From the NCBI RefSeq assembly GCF_000195955.2, contig NC_000962.3, forward strand, positions 1,050,001-1,082,000: a DNA stretch of 32,000 nt, given 5' to 3'. Positions 23,327 through 32,000 of the stretch are shown here, piece by piece. Position numbers and translations under genes: made by a program. The stretch's first letter is position 1; each line of letters begins with the position of its first letter. The notes beneath the pieces are model-generated. The model was not told the DNA's origin. It was given only the letters and a program-made list of their open reading frames with translations, and searched no databases. The stretch comes from Mycobacterium tuberculosis H37Rv. Its GTDB lineage: Bacteria > Actinomycetota > Actinomycetes > Mycobacteriales > Mycobacteriaceae.

Positions 23327-23548
23327 ATGAAGACGCTGTATCTGCGCAATGTGCCGGACGACGTGGTCGAGCGACTCGAGCGCCTCGCCGAACTCGCCAA
23401 GACGTCGGTGTCCGCGGTTGCTGTGCGTGAGCTCACCGAGGCTTCTCGCCGCGCCGACAATCCGGCGCTTCTTGGGGACTTGCCCGATATCGGCATCGAC
23501 ACGACCGAACTGATCGGTGGTATCGACGCCGAGCGCGCCGGTCGATGA
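23327..23548 (+). CDS. vapB9: antitoxin VapB9 (Rv0959A)
   Basis: 73-aa ORF '[36 protein letters not shown]', ribbon-helix-helix type; ATGA overlap with the PIN gene. Confidence 0.93.
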
Positions 23549-23928
23549 TCGTCGTTGACGCCTCGGCCGCGCTGGCCGCGCTGCTCAACGATGGACAAGC
23601 TCGACAATTGATCGCTGCCGAGCGCCTGCATGTCCCGCATCTGGTCGATTCGGAAATCGCGAGCGGGCTCCGCAGGCTAGCGCAGCGGGATCGGCTGGGC
23701 GCGGCCGACGGACGGCGGGCCCTCCAAACGTGGCGCCGCCTCGCGGTGACGCGTTATCCGGTGGTGGGCCTTTTCGAGCGTATCTGGGAAATCCGCGCGA
23801 ACCTGTCGGCATACGACGCCAGCTATGTGGCCTTGGCGGAAGCCCTGAACTGTGCGCTCGTCACAGCGGATCTGCGGCTCAGCGACACCGGCCAAGCCCA
23901 GTGTCCGATTACCGTTGTGCCCAGGTAG
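23545..23928 (+). CDS. vapC9: PIN-domain toxin VapC9 (Rv0960)
   Basis: 127-aa ORF; '[16 protein letters not shown]', '[13 protein letters not shown]', '[24 protein letters not shown]' acidic PIN motifs. Confidence 0.95.
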
Positions 23929-24073
23929 CCGTGGCACGGATGTTCGAGGATCCGTATATCACAACGCGATAGGTCCTGTTGACACAAGGGAAGCGCGGGG
24001 CGCCGTCGGCGGTTCGTCTCGTCGAAATGCGACAACAACGCCGTGCGCGGCACATCCCAGTTTGTGAGACACT

Positions 24074-24421
24074 GTGCGCGTGCCCTCGCAGTGGATGATC
24101 TCATCCCGGGTAACGGTAGCCTGGAACATCGTCGGCTACCTCGTGTATGCGGCCCTGGCTTTTGTCGGCGGGTTTGCGGTTTGGTTCTCCTTATTCTTCG
24201 CGATGGCCACCGATGGTTGTCACGACTCAGCTTGCGACGCAAGCTATCACGTGTTCCCGGCCATGGTCACCATGTGGATCGGAGTTGGCGCGGTCTTGCT
24301 GCTCACCTTGGTGGTCATGGTTCGCAACTCGTCGCGAGGCAACGTCGTGATCGGATGGCCTTTTGTTGGGTTGTTGGCGCTTGGCCTTGTCTACGTGGCT
24401 GCCGATGCGGTCTTGCACTGA
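24074..24421 (+). CDS. small multi-pass membrane protein (Rv0961)
   Basis: 115-aa ORF with three hydrophobic segments. Confidence 0.7.
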   Translation: MRVPSQWMISSRVTVAWNIVGYLVYAALAFVGGFAVWFSLFFAMATDGCHDSACDASYHVFPAMVTMWIGVGAVLLLTLVVMVRNSSRGNVVIGWPFVGLLALGLVYVAADAVLH

Positions 24422-24439
24422 TCGACGTGGGGTTCTGCG

Positions 24440-25114
24440 TCAGTAGGCGTCGCGGGTTCGGCCGCCGGGGGATCCGTACAGGTACGGGTAGTGCACGTCG
24501 GGGTCGTTGGCCGGTCGCATGTTCAGCGGTGGCGGCGCGGTGCGCCAGGCGGCCGGGGGATGGCAACCGGTGTTGTAGGAGTAGCCGAGTGGGCCGCGGT
24601 TGTCGCCATTGACGAGGTTTATCGTGACGCCGTCATCGCGGATTTGAGAGTAATTCGGGGCGCCCAGCGGCTGTGGCGGGTCGCCGGGTACGGAGTTGTT
24701 GGGCCGAAAACCCGCCGCCTTGAACACCGGGGCTAGCTCGGTGACAATTTGCAGCCATTGCTGCGGAGTGGGCGCTGGACGGCCAAAGAATAACTCGCTT
24801 GCCTCTTGTCGACCGATGGTGCGGGTGAACGGGTCGTTGCAGCCGTTGGTGAGATGGCTCACTGTGACGCCTGTTGAGAACCGGGTCTGCGGTGAATATT
24901 TCGCGATCATCGCCCTGATGGTGGCGTCGAGGTTGGCGAGCTGCTGCTGGACTGTCTCAAGATCGGGTCGTCCGTTGACGATTTTCTGCCGGCGGTCCAG
25001 CTCGCCCCGCCCGGGATTGGCGTAAGGGTCGAACGTATTGGGTTTGATACACCCGGCCAGCAGTGCGGCGATGCCGAGGAGCGCCGCGGTCAGGCTGCGG
25101 GATGTTCGCTTCAT
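24440..25114 (-). CDS. lprP: putative lipoprotein
   Basis: 224-aa ORF; signal peptide with lipobox 'LAALLAGC'-type segment 'AALLAGCIKP'. Confidence 0.9.
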   Translation of the reverse strand: MKRTSRSLTAALLGIAALLAGCIKPNTFDPYANPGRGELDRRQKIVNGRPDLETVQQQLANLDATIRAMIAKYSPQTRFSTGVTVSHLTNGCNDPFTRTIGRQEASELFFGRPAPTPQQWLQIVTELAPVFKAAGFRPNNSVPGDPPQPLGAPNYSQIRDDGVTINLVNGDNRGPLGYSYNTGCHPPAAWRTAPPPLNMRPANDPDVHYPYLYGSPGGRTRDAY

Positions 25115-25296
25115 GGGTGATAGTTCGGGTTGGGTATTGGCAATCCGAACGGGCCGGGCCCACTGGGCATCGTCGGTGGCGGCAGCACAGGGGGTTTGAT
25201 GAGGTCGTCGGGCAATCCCGCCAGCACGGCGGCCAAGTTGTAACCACTCATCCGAAGCTGATCATTGTCTCCGTTACGTGCGTACTCAGAGTGTCC

Positions 25297-26307
25297 TTAT
25301 GCTCGCTCGTGAAGTTGGCCGTCGCCCAAGAGCGGGCCGGGCGCCAAACCGGTGTTGACCGACAGTTGTGTCATGCCGGGTACGTCCTGGGGTGCGGAGC
25401 CGAATGCGCCGAATTCGGGGATGGTATTGGCGACATGGTCGTTGACGCCGATCATGTAGAAGGCATGCCCTGGCTCAACGCCCAGCTGCGACGCGTGCGT
25501 GAGCTCGGTGCCCGGTGAACCGTACAAAACGACGTCGCTGACCGGTGCCCCCTGCTGCAGCGCCAGACTGGTTACCAGGGATCCGTAGGAATGCCCGAAC
25601 GCGGTGATGTGCTGATCGCTGACATTCGTGGTAGCGGCCAAGCCTTTGTCGAAGCGGTTCAACGGCCCCGCGGCATCGCGAGCCGACCAGTCGTGCATCA
25701 CGTCTTTGAGGCCGTCCGGCGCGTCATAGCCCAGCCACGCAATGGATGCCACCGCATCGTAATTTGGCCATCCGGCTCGTTCCCTCAGTTCGGCTGCCTT
25801 TGCGCGCTGAATTCCAGCTTCCTTGACCATGTCCCCAACGCTCGAACTCACCCGCGTGTTCAGGCCGCCCATCGTGACGCCGACGCGTTCGGCGTTGTCG
25901 ACGTCGCCAACTCCCACAGCCGCCAACACCTTTCGCGGGTCACTGGCGGTGTCCAACAGAATGAGGCTGGTGCCGGGATGGGCTGCCAGAGTATCCCGCA
26001 ACGCTCGCAGATCCGCCAGCTTGTCGGTGTCGGTGTGCCAGACTCCATCTCTGCTCAACCAGCCGTTCTGCAGCCGGGTGAGTTCTCGTTGCAGCACTGA
26101 AAGATTCAGTTCGTTGCGAACGGCGATGGGAATGCCGTCGCGATTACGCAGGGTATTGGGGAACCATTGCTTGACCCGATCCTGCTGGCCCGGGGTCAGC
26201 GAATGCCACCACCGCTTGACCTCCTCAGGGTCGCTGTCCGGCGGCGGCATCTGCGGCATTGTGGGTGGCGCATGGCTGAGTTGGGCATTGACCTGCTCGC
26301 GCGACAA
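25297..26307 (-). CDS. DUF1023-type alpha/beta hydrolase fragment (Rv0963c; annotated start probably internal at 26097)
   Basis: '[43 protein letters not shown]' and nucleophile elbow '[16 protein letters not shown]'. Confidence 0.8.
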   Translation of the reverse strand: MSREQVNAQLSHAPPTMPQMPPPDSDPEEVKRWWHSLTPGQQDRVKQWFPNTLRNRDGIPIAVRNELNLSVLQRELTRLQNGWLSRDGVWHTDTDKLADLRALRDTLAAHPGTSLILLDTASDPRKVLAAVGVGDVDNAERVGVTMGGLNTRVSSSVGDMVKEAGIQRAKAAELRERAGWPNYDAVASIAWLGYDAPDGLKDVMHDWSARDAAGPLNRFDKGLAATTNVSDQHITAFGHSYGSLVTSLALQQGAPVSDVVLYGSPGTELTHASQLGVEPGHAFYMIGVNDHVANTIPEFGAFGSAPQDVPGMTQLSVNTGLAPGPLLGDGQLHERA

Positions 26308-26678
26308 GGCCCCGGCGGCGCATCGAATCGCCGCGGCCAGATCCTCATCGGCGGTCTCGGCGTCGGCCAGCAGACGTTTGATGCCCTCCGGATTGCGGTG
26401 TTGAGGATGGCCTGCTGATCGGCCGGGGAATACGACGACAAGTCGGGTGGTGGCAACGCCGTACCGGTCGCGTAAGCGATCGTCAGGTGATGCTCACGCG
26501 CGGCATCGCGGATCACTTGTAGCCGCATCTTGATCGCGGCGACCTCCTCGGCCGCCTTTTCCGCGGCCCGCGCGACCGCTTCACACGCGCCGGCATGGTG
26601 ATCGAGCAGCACCGTTGTGTGATGGGTTGCTACCTGTGCCGCCTCGGCGGCCGCACCGCCAAAGCCGAGCAGCCCCAT
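26196..26678 (-). CDS. hypothetical protein (Rv0964c), probable N-terminal fragment of the same hydrolase gene
   Basis: '[67 protein letters not shown]' is helical DUF1023 N-terminal-like; the part after '[12 protein letters not shown]' is out of frame. Confidence 0.55.
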   Translation of the reverse strand: MGLLGFGGAAAEAAQVATHHTTVLLDHHAGACEAVARAAEKAAEEVAAIKMRLQVIRDAAREHHLTIAYATGTALPPPDLSSYSPADQQAILNTAIRRASNVCWPTPRPPMRIWPRRFDAPPGPCRASRSMPNSAMRHPQCRRCRRRTATLRRSSGGGIR

Positions 26679-26777
26679 GGTGTCACGCAGCGCCGCCGAT
26701 GCGGTGCGTGTGCCGTGCGCGCGGTCGATCGCGGCCTGAACACCGTCCTGATCGCTGTGGGATCCCAGCGCTCAATG

Positions 26778-27218
26778 TCAGCTAACGTCAACGCCGTCGC
26801 ATCGGGCGCTTCCACCGCCTGTTGGATAAACCGCGGCCAGTGCCGCGGCGTTGTGTTCCTCCATCTCGGCGAACCCGACCGCGGCCAGATGCATGCCGTA
26901 AGAATGGTCCCCGATGCGGGCCGCGTGGGCGGTGCTGGCCTCCGCCCAGCTATCCAGCAATCCCGACAGCGCGCCCGCCGACGAACCGACCCATCCCGGC
27001 CGCGCCCCTTCGGCCGCACCCAGGCAGCAGTGGTGTGACGTCAGCAAAGACTCGCCGTGGTCAGCCTGCTGATAACCGACCTGGGACAGGACTTCAGGAA
27101 TCGCCCGCAACGTTCTGCCATACCAACTCGCTTCCACACGAACCAAACTTTCGGCGGAGTATGGCACACGAGCACATTGCGGGCGATTCACCCGCATCGA
27201 GCTGACCGGGCGGCGCAC
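26778..27218 (-). CDS. DUF2580/EspC-like (WXG100-related) small protein (Rv0965c; start uncertain, 139 aa from the second Met)
   Basis: 'PGWVGSSAGALSGLLDSWAEASTAHAARIGDHSYGMHLAAVGFAEMEEHNAAALAAV' matches the helical pattern of this family. Confidence 0.6.
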   Translation of the reverse strand: MRRPVSSMRVNRPQCARVPYSAESLVRVEASWYGRTLRAIPEVLSQVGYQQADHGESLLTSHHCCLGAAEGARPGWVGSSAGALSGLLDSWAEASTAHAARIGDHSYGMHLAAVGFAEMEEHNAAALAAVYPTGGGSARCDGVDVS

Positions 27219-27232
27219 CTTGCTATTTGCGG

Positions 27233-27835
27233 CTATTTGCGTGGCTTGCGGGGTTTGCGCTTGATGCCCACATCACCCCACAGCGAGAAGCCGCGGATCC
27301 TCACCGTCGGCACGCCACGGGTGCCCTCCCCGACCACCTTGCGGTCGAAGCCGCCCATCACTCGGTGACCGTGGATCTCCACGTTGACTTCGGGTGGCAG
27401 CAGAATTGTCTGCGCCCCCATGATCGAGTACGCACGGATGTCCACCTCGGTCGAGGTGAAGTCGGCGTAGCGCAGATCCAGCACCCCGCTGCCCCACAAG
27501 GTGAACGTGGTCAGCTTCTTCGGCACGTTCCAGCGGCCGCGTCGTTCGAATCCGCCCAGTAGCGCCAGCAGCAGCGTGGACGGCGCCGGATTGCATTCGC
27601 CACCCCTGCGCGGGCCTATCGCCGCCCCCGGCAGATCGGCCCGCAGCCGATCCAGCTCCTGGTAGGTGGTTGCCGCATAGGCCCGCGCCAGCCGGTCTTC
27701 ATAATCGGTCAGCTGCAGGCGGCCCTGCTCGGCCGCGTAGGCCAGCAACTGCGCAATCTGTATCCGGTCGGTGTCCGACGCACGCGCGGACTCGTCGCGC
27801 GAGTTCCTCGCGTCACGCTGCGCCGAGTTGCTCAT
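27233..27835 (-). CDS. DUF1707 domain protein with C-terminal beta-rich (DUF2154-like) region (Rv0966c)
   Basis: 'ASDTDRIQIAQLLAYAAEQGRLQLTDYEDRLARAYAATTYQELDRLRADLP' (DUF1707). An upstream in-frame start at 27925 is possible. Confidence 0.85.
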   Translation of the reverse strand: MSNSAQRDARNSRDESARASDTDRIQIAQLLAYAAEQGRLQLTDYEDRLARAYAATTYQELDRLRADLPGAAIGPRRGGECNPAPSTLLLALLGGFERRGRWNVPKKLTTFTLWGSGVLDLRYADFTSTEVDIRAYSIMGAQTILLPPEVNVEIHGHRVMGGFDRKVVGEGTRGVPTVRIRGFSLWGDVGIKRKPRKPRK

Positions 27836-27916
27836 CGTCCACGAGCCTACGACGTCAAGAATTTGCTTCAAGAGGTGTTGGCGAAACTGCAAATGTTGCC
27901 AGGTTCGACTCCTTGG

Positions 27917-27944
27917 GTAGCCCACCCCCAGTGGGGTGGGATAC
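27917..27944. promoter_or_regulatory. CsoR operator (Cu-responsive), GTAGCCCACCCCCAGTGGGGTGGGATAC
   Basis: Near-perfect palindrome 31 bp upstream of the csoR ATG; matches the G/C-rich pseudo-palindrome known for CsoR. Confidence 0.9.
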
Positions 27945-27974
27945 CATGAACGGGTGAGGGATTAGGGGCAAGCC

Positions 27975-28334
27975 ATGAGCAAGGAATTGACCGCAAAGAA
28001 GCGCGCGGCGCTGAACCGGCTGAAGACGGTTCGGGGCCATCTTGACGGAATCGTTCGGATGCTGGAGTCCGACGCCTACTGCGTGGACGTGATGAAGCAG
28101 ATTTCAGCGGTTCAGTCCTCGCTGGAGCGGGCCAACCGGGTGATGCTGCACAACCACTTGGAGACGTGCTTTTCCACGGCGGTGCTGGATGGTCATGGGC
28201 AAGCGGCCATCGAAGAGCTCATTGATGCCGTCAAATTCACGCCGGCGCTGACCGGTCCACACGCGCGGCTCGGCGGTGCCGCGGTCGGCGAGTCGGCCAC
28301 CGAGGAGCCGATGCCGGATGCCAGCAACATGTGA
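27975..28334 (+). CDS. csoR: copper-sensing transcriptional repressor
   Basis: 119-aa ORF; 'ALNRLKTVRGHLDGIVRMLESDAYCVDVMKQISAVQSSLERANRVMLHNHLETC' with the C-H-C copper site. Confidence 0.98.
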   Translation: MSKELTAKKRAALNRLKTVRGHLDGIVRMLESDAYCVDVMKQISAVQSSLERANRVMLHNHLETCFSTAVLDGHGQAAIEELIDAVKFTPALTGPHARLGGAAVGESATEEPMPDASNM

Positions 28335-28390
28335 CGAGCGCCGGACTCCGGTGTTTCTCGGGACAACGACATACGAAAGGAGCATCCGCG

Positions 28391-28687
28391 ATGGTGTGGC
28401 ATGGATTCCTAGCGAAGGCGGTACCCACCGTGGTCACCGGCGCGGTGGGGGTCGCGGCGTATGAGGCGCTGCGCAAGATGGTGGTGAAGGCTCCGCTGCG
28501 GGCGGCAACCGTGTCCGTTGCCGCCTGGGGCATACGCTTAGCACGTGAAGCCGAGCGCAAGGCCGGGGAGAGCGCCGAGCAAGCTCGACTGATGTTCGCC
28601 GACGTGCTAGCCGAAGCCAGCGAGCGCGCCGGGGAAGAAGTTCCACCACTGGCGGTGGCGGGTTCGGACGACGGTCATGACCACTGA
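28391..28687 (+). CDS. DUF1490 protein of the copper operon (Rv0968)
   Basis: 98-aa frame '[47 protein letters not shown]...'; ends in acidic/His 'DDGHDH'. Confidence 0.88.
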   Translation: MVWHGFLAKAVPTVVTGAVGVAAYEALRKMVVKAPLRAATVSVAAWGIRLAREAERKAGESAEQARLMFADVLAEASERAGEEVPPLAVAGSDDGHDH

Positions 28688-31055
28688 CGTTCTTTCTGAC
28701 ACCGACGTCTCGCTGAAGGTGGTCTCCAACGCGTCGGGGCGGATGCGCGTGTGCGTCACCGGGTTCAATGTCGATGCGGTTCGGGCCGTCGCGATTGAGG
28801 AGACGGTCTCCCAAGTGACCGGGGTGCACGCCGTGCACGCCTATCCGCGAACAGCGTCGGTGGTGATCTGGTACTCGCCAGAGCTCGGTGACACCGCCGC
28901 CGTGCTGTCGGCGATCACCAAAGCGCAGCACGTCCCGGCAGAATTGGTGCCCGCCCGTGCCCCGCACTCAGCGGGTGTGCGCGGCGTGGGCGTGGTGCGG
29001 AAAATCACCGGCGGGATCCGCCGCATGCTAAGTCGCCCGCCGGGCGTCGACAAGCCCCTGAAGGCGTCGCGTTGCGGCGGCCGCCCGCGCGGGCCGGTCC
29101 GCGGGAGCGCCTCGTGGCCGGGCGAGCAGAACCGGCGCGAGCGGCGGACGTGGTTGCCGCGGGTGTGGTTGGCCTTGCCGTTGGGGCTACTGGCGCTGGG
29201 TTCGTCAATGTTCTTCGGTGCTTACCCGTGGGCGGGGTGGCTGGCCTTCGCCGCGACGCTGCCGGTGCAATTCGTGGCCGGGTGGCCGATTCTGCGGGGG
29301 GCGGTGCAACAGGCGCGGGCGTTGACCTCGAACATGGACACGCTGATCGCGCTGGGTACGCTGACCGCGTTTGTCTACTCCACGTATCAGTTGTTTGCCG
29401 GTGGACCTCTGTTCTTCGACACCTCGGCGCTGATCATCGCGTTCGTGGTGTTGGGCCGCCATCTCGAGGCCAGAGCAACCGGAAAAGCGTCCGAGGCGAT
29501 CAGCAAGCTGCTGGAGCTGGGCGCCAAGGAAGCCACGCTGCTTGTCGACGGCCAAGAGCTCCTGGTGCCGGTCGATCAGGTCCAAGTCGGAGACCTGGTG
29601 CGGGTGCGGCCCGGAGAGAAGATCCCGGTCGACGGTGAGGTCACCGATGGGCGCGCCGCCGTCGACGAGTCGATGCTCACCGGCGAATCCGTCCCGGTCG
29701 AGAAGACGGCGGGTGACCGCGTTGCCGGCGCAACGGTCAACCTCGACGGGCTGTTGACCGTGCGCGCCACCGCCGTCGGGGCAGACACCGCGCTGGCGCA
29801 GATTGTGCGACTGGTCGAGCAGGCACAGGGCGACAAGGCGCCGGTGCAGCGGCTGGCCGACCGGGTTTCGGCGGTGTTTGTCCCGGCCGTCATCGGCGTT
29901 GCCGTCGCGACCTTTGCGGGATGGACCCTGATCGCCGCCAACCCGGTGGCTGGTATGACCGCCGCGGTCGCGGTGCTGATCATCGCGTGCCCGTGTGCGT
30001 TGGGCCTGGCTACCCCCACGGCCATCATGGTCGGCACCGGCCGGGGCGCCGAACTGGGGATCCTGGTCAAGGGAGGCGAGGTGCTGGAAGCGTCGAAGAA
30101 GATCGACACCGTGGTGTTCGACAAGACCGGCACCCTCACCCGCGCCCGGATGCGGGTGACCGATGTGATTGCCGGCCAGCGGCGCCAGCCTGATCAGGTG
30201 CTGCGGCTCGCCGCCGCGGTCGAATCGGGCTCCGAACACCCCATCGGTGCGGCGATCGTTGCCGCTGCACACGAGCGCGGGTTGGCGATACCGGCCGCCA
30301 ATGCGTTCACCGCCGTCGCCGGGCACGGGGTGCGGGCGCAGGTCAACGGCGGGCCGGTGGTGGTCGGACGGCGCAAGCTCGTCGACGAACAACATTTGGT
30401 TCTGCCCGACCACCTCGCTGCGGCGGCCGTGGAGCAGGAAGAGCGCGGCCGCACCGCGGTGTTCGTCGGCCAAGACGGCCAGGTTGTGGGTGTGCTCGCG
30501 GTAGCGGACACGGTCAAAGACGACGCCGCGGACGTGGTCGGTCGGCTGCACGCCATGGGGCTACAGGTAGCCATGATCACCGGCGACAACGCCCGCACGG
30601 CTGCCGCGATCGCCAAGCAGGTCGGCATCGAGAAGGTGCTGGCCGAGGTGTTGCCGCAGGACAAGGTAGCTGAGGTTCGGCGGCTGCAGGACCAGGGCCG
30701 GGTGGTCGCGATGGTGGGTGACGGCGTCAACGACGCGCCCGCCTTGGTACAAGCCGATCTGGGCATTGCGATCGGCACCGGTACCGACGTGGCCATCGAG
30801 GCCTCCGACATCACGCTAATGTCCGGCCGGCTCGATGGTGTCGTGCGCGCGATCGAACTCTCCAGGCAGACCCTGCGCACCATCTACCAGAATCTCGGCT
30901 GGGCCTTCGGCTACAACACCGCCGCGATCCCACTGGCCGCGCTGGGCGCGCTGAACCCGGTCGTGGCGGGCGCGGCGATGGGGTTCTCCTCGGTCAGCGT
31001 GGTGACCAACTCACTGCGGTTACGCCGCTTCGGCCGCGACGGCCGAACCGCATGA
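28677..31055 (+). CDS. ctpV: P1B-type copper-translocating ATPase CtpV (annotated 770-aa start is at 28743; an upstream ATG at 28677 gives 792 aa)
   Basis: '[37 protein letters not shown]', '[14 protein letters not shown]', '[18 protein letters not shown]'. Confidence 0.96.
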   Translation: MTTDVLSDTDVSLKVVSNASGRMRVCVTGFNVDAVRAVAIEETVSQVTGVHAVHAYPRTASVVIWYSPELGDTAAVLSAITKAQHVPAELVPARAPHSAGVRGVGVVRKITGGIRRMLSRPPGVDKPLKASRCGGRPRGPVRGSASWPGEQNRRERRTWLPRVWLALPLGLLALGSSMFFGAYPWAGWLAFAATLPVQFVAGWPILRGAVQQARALTSNMDTLIALGTLTAFVYSTYQLFAGGPLFFDTSALIIAFVVLGRHLEARATGKASEAISKLLELGAKEATLLVDGQELLVPVDQVQVGDLVRVRPGEKIPVDGEVTDGRAAVDESMLTGESVPVEKTAGDRVAGATVNLDGLLTVRATAVGADTALAQIVRLVEQAQGDKAPVQRLADRVSAVFVPAVIGVAVATFAGWTLIAANPVAGMTAAVAVLIIACPCALGLATPTAIMVGTGRGAELGILVKGGEVLEASKKIDTVVFDKTGTLTRARMRVTDVIAGQRRQPDQVLRLAAAVESGSEHPIGAAIVAAAHERGLAIPAANAFTAVAGHGVRAQVNGGPVVVGRRKLVDEQHLVLPDHLAAAAVEQEERGRTAVFVGQDGQVVGVLAVADTVKDDAADVVGRLHAMGLQVAMITGDNARTAAAIAKQVGIEKVLAEVLPQDKVAEVRRLQDQGRVVAMVGDGVNDAPALVQADLGIAIGTGTDVAIEASDITLMSGRLDGVVRAIELSRQTLRTIYQNLGWAFGYNTAAIPLAALGALNPVVAGAAMGFSSVSVVTNSLRLRRFGRDGRTA

Positions 31056-31684
31056 TCCATGACCTGATGCTTCGTTGGGTGGTTACCGGCCTGTTCGTGC
31101 TGACCGCCGCCGAATGTGGTCTGGCAATCATCGCCAAACGCCGACCGTGGACGTTGATCGTCAACCACGGGTTGCATTTCGCAATGGCCGTTGCGATGGC
31201 GGTGATGGCCTGGCCGTGGGGCGCGCGGGTTCCGACGACGGGACCTGCGGTATTTTTCTTGCTGGCGGCCGTGTGGTTTGGGGCGACGGCCGTCGTTGCG
31301 GTCCGCGGGACCGCTACGCGTGGACTGTACGGATATCACGGCTTGATGATGCTGGCCACAGCCTGGATGTATGCCGCCATGAATCCTCGTTTGCTCCCTG
31401 TCCGCTCGTGCACCGAATACGCCACCGAGCCGGATGGGTCAATGCCGGCTATGGACATGACTGCGATGAACATGCCGCCGAATAGCGGGTCACCCATCTG
31501 GTTCAGCGCGGTGAACTGGATCGGTACGGTCGGCTTCGCGGTTGCGGCGGTTTTCTGGGCATGCAGGTTTGTCATGGAGCGGCGGCAGGAGGCGACCCAG
31601 TCCAGGTTGCCGGGCAGCATAGGCCAAGCGATGATGGCGGCCGGTATGGCGATGTTGTTCTTCGCCATGCTGTTTCCGGTTTGA
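31052..31684 (+). CDS. membrane protein (DUF5134-like) at the end of the copper operon, with a Met-rich loop (Rv0970)
   Basis: 210-aa ORF; start overlaps ctpV stop (ATGA); multiple TM segments; '[18 protein letters not shown]'. Confidence 0.85.
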   Translation: MIHDLMLRWVVTGLFVLTAAECGLAIIAKRRPWTLIVNHGLHFAMAVAMAVMAWPWGARVPTTGPAVFFLLAAVWFGATAVVAVRGTATRGLYGYHGLMMLATAWMYAAMNPRLLPVRSCTEYATEPDGSMPAMDMTAMNMPPNSGSPIWFSAVNWIGTVGFAVAAVFWACRFVMERRQEATQSRLPGSIGQAMMAAGMAMLFFAMLFPV

Positions 31685-31774
31685 GGCAGTTCGCCGCCTG
31701 TGTGTCCGAACCGCAAGGTAATTCGGAATAGGCTGTTCCCAACCTCCTGCGTCGTAGGCGGGGGCCCGGCGGGC

Positions 31775-32000
31775 CTAGTCAGCGGCCCGCATCGTCGCCG
31801 GCTGGACCCAGCGGGGCGGACGTTTCTGCAGGAAGGCCAGCATCCCTTCGCGCGCTTCGTCGGAGACGAACAGCCTGGCCGACTCCTCGGTCAGGCGTTC
31901 GGCGTCGCGGTCGAACCCTTCGAGCACGGCGGCCGTGGTCAGCGCCTTCGACGCGGCCAGGCCTTGTGGCGAGCCGCGGCCCACGTCGGCGACCAGCGCG
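31775..32000 (-). CDS. echA7: enoyl-CoA hydratase/isomerase (crotonase) family, C-terminal part only (5' end beyond window)
   Basis: Frame 'SPQGLAASKALTTAAVL...RLTEESARLFVSDEAREGMLAFLQKRPPRW' is the characteristic crotonase C-terminus and stays open to the window edge. Confidence 0.85.
   Translation of the reverse strand, partial: ALVADVGRGSPQGLAASKALTTAAVLEGFDRDAERLTEESARLFVSDEAREGMLAFLQKRPPRWVQPATMRAAD

Larger units (their letters stand above)
25111..26791 (-). pseudogene. inactivated DUF1023-type alpha/beta hydrolase gene covering annotated Rv0964c and Rv0963c plus a 62-codon 3' extension
   Basis: Manual translation: '[18 protein letters not shown]' / (1-nt loss) / '[28 protein letters not shown]...DQQAILN' / (1-nt loss) / '[26 protein letters not shown]...GQLHERA' / TAA / 'GHSEYARNGDNDQLRMSGYNLAAVLAGLPDDLIKPP...NPNYHP*'. 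1681 nt plus two restored nt is divisible by 3. Confidence 0.75.

Noticed and set aside
29205-30551. 448-aa minus-strand ORF antisense to ctpV
   Set aside because: High-GC shadow of a strongly conserved P-type ATPase gene; Asp/His/Arg-rich composition is typical of antisense frames.

Overview
This window is a high-GC actinobacterial chromosome segment. From recalled gene order and protein sequence I recognise it as the Mycobacterium tuberculosis complex locus around Rv0939-Rv0971c; no database search was run. It is ordinary chromosome, with no rRNA, tRNA, CRISPR array, prophage or IS element seen. Main content, left to right: end of an MBL-fold enzyme gene; an LLM oxidoreductase; a STAS/HATPase-like protein; an N-terminally truncated monooxygenase head-to-head with an N-terminally truncated Fpg/Nei-like protein; an SDR; pgi; a decayed antigen-85 (mycolyltransferase) paralogue; chorismate mutase; uvrD1; an M23 peptidase; sucCD; a second LLM oxidoreductase; a Gly/Gln/Tyr-rich membrane protein; perM; purN-purH; a MoxR-like ATPase/VWA pair; vapBC9; a small membrane protein; lprP; a broken DUF1023-type alpha/beta hydrolase preceded by a DUF2580/WXG-like gene; a DUF1707 protein; the copper operon csoR-Rv0968-ctpV-Rv0970; and the start of echA7. 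I found no convincing wholly new system. The observations most worth a second look are: (a) Rv0964c/Rv0963c and a 62-codon downstream extension read as one ancestral ~560-aa ORF with two 1-nt losses and one nonsense codon, its original stop overlapping the lprP start; (b) a multi-lesion Ag85 pseudogene much longer than the single ORF usually called; (c) a head-to-head junction of two truncated genes; (d) a perfect 26-bp inverted repeat containing both convergent stop codons of sucD and the LLM gene; (e) KstR-like palindromes upstream of both LLM oxidoreductase genes; (f) three 11-bp-phased TGCTARCA repeats at the vapB9 start.
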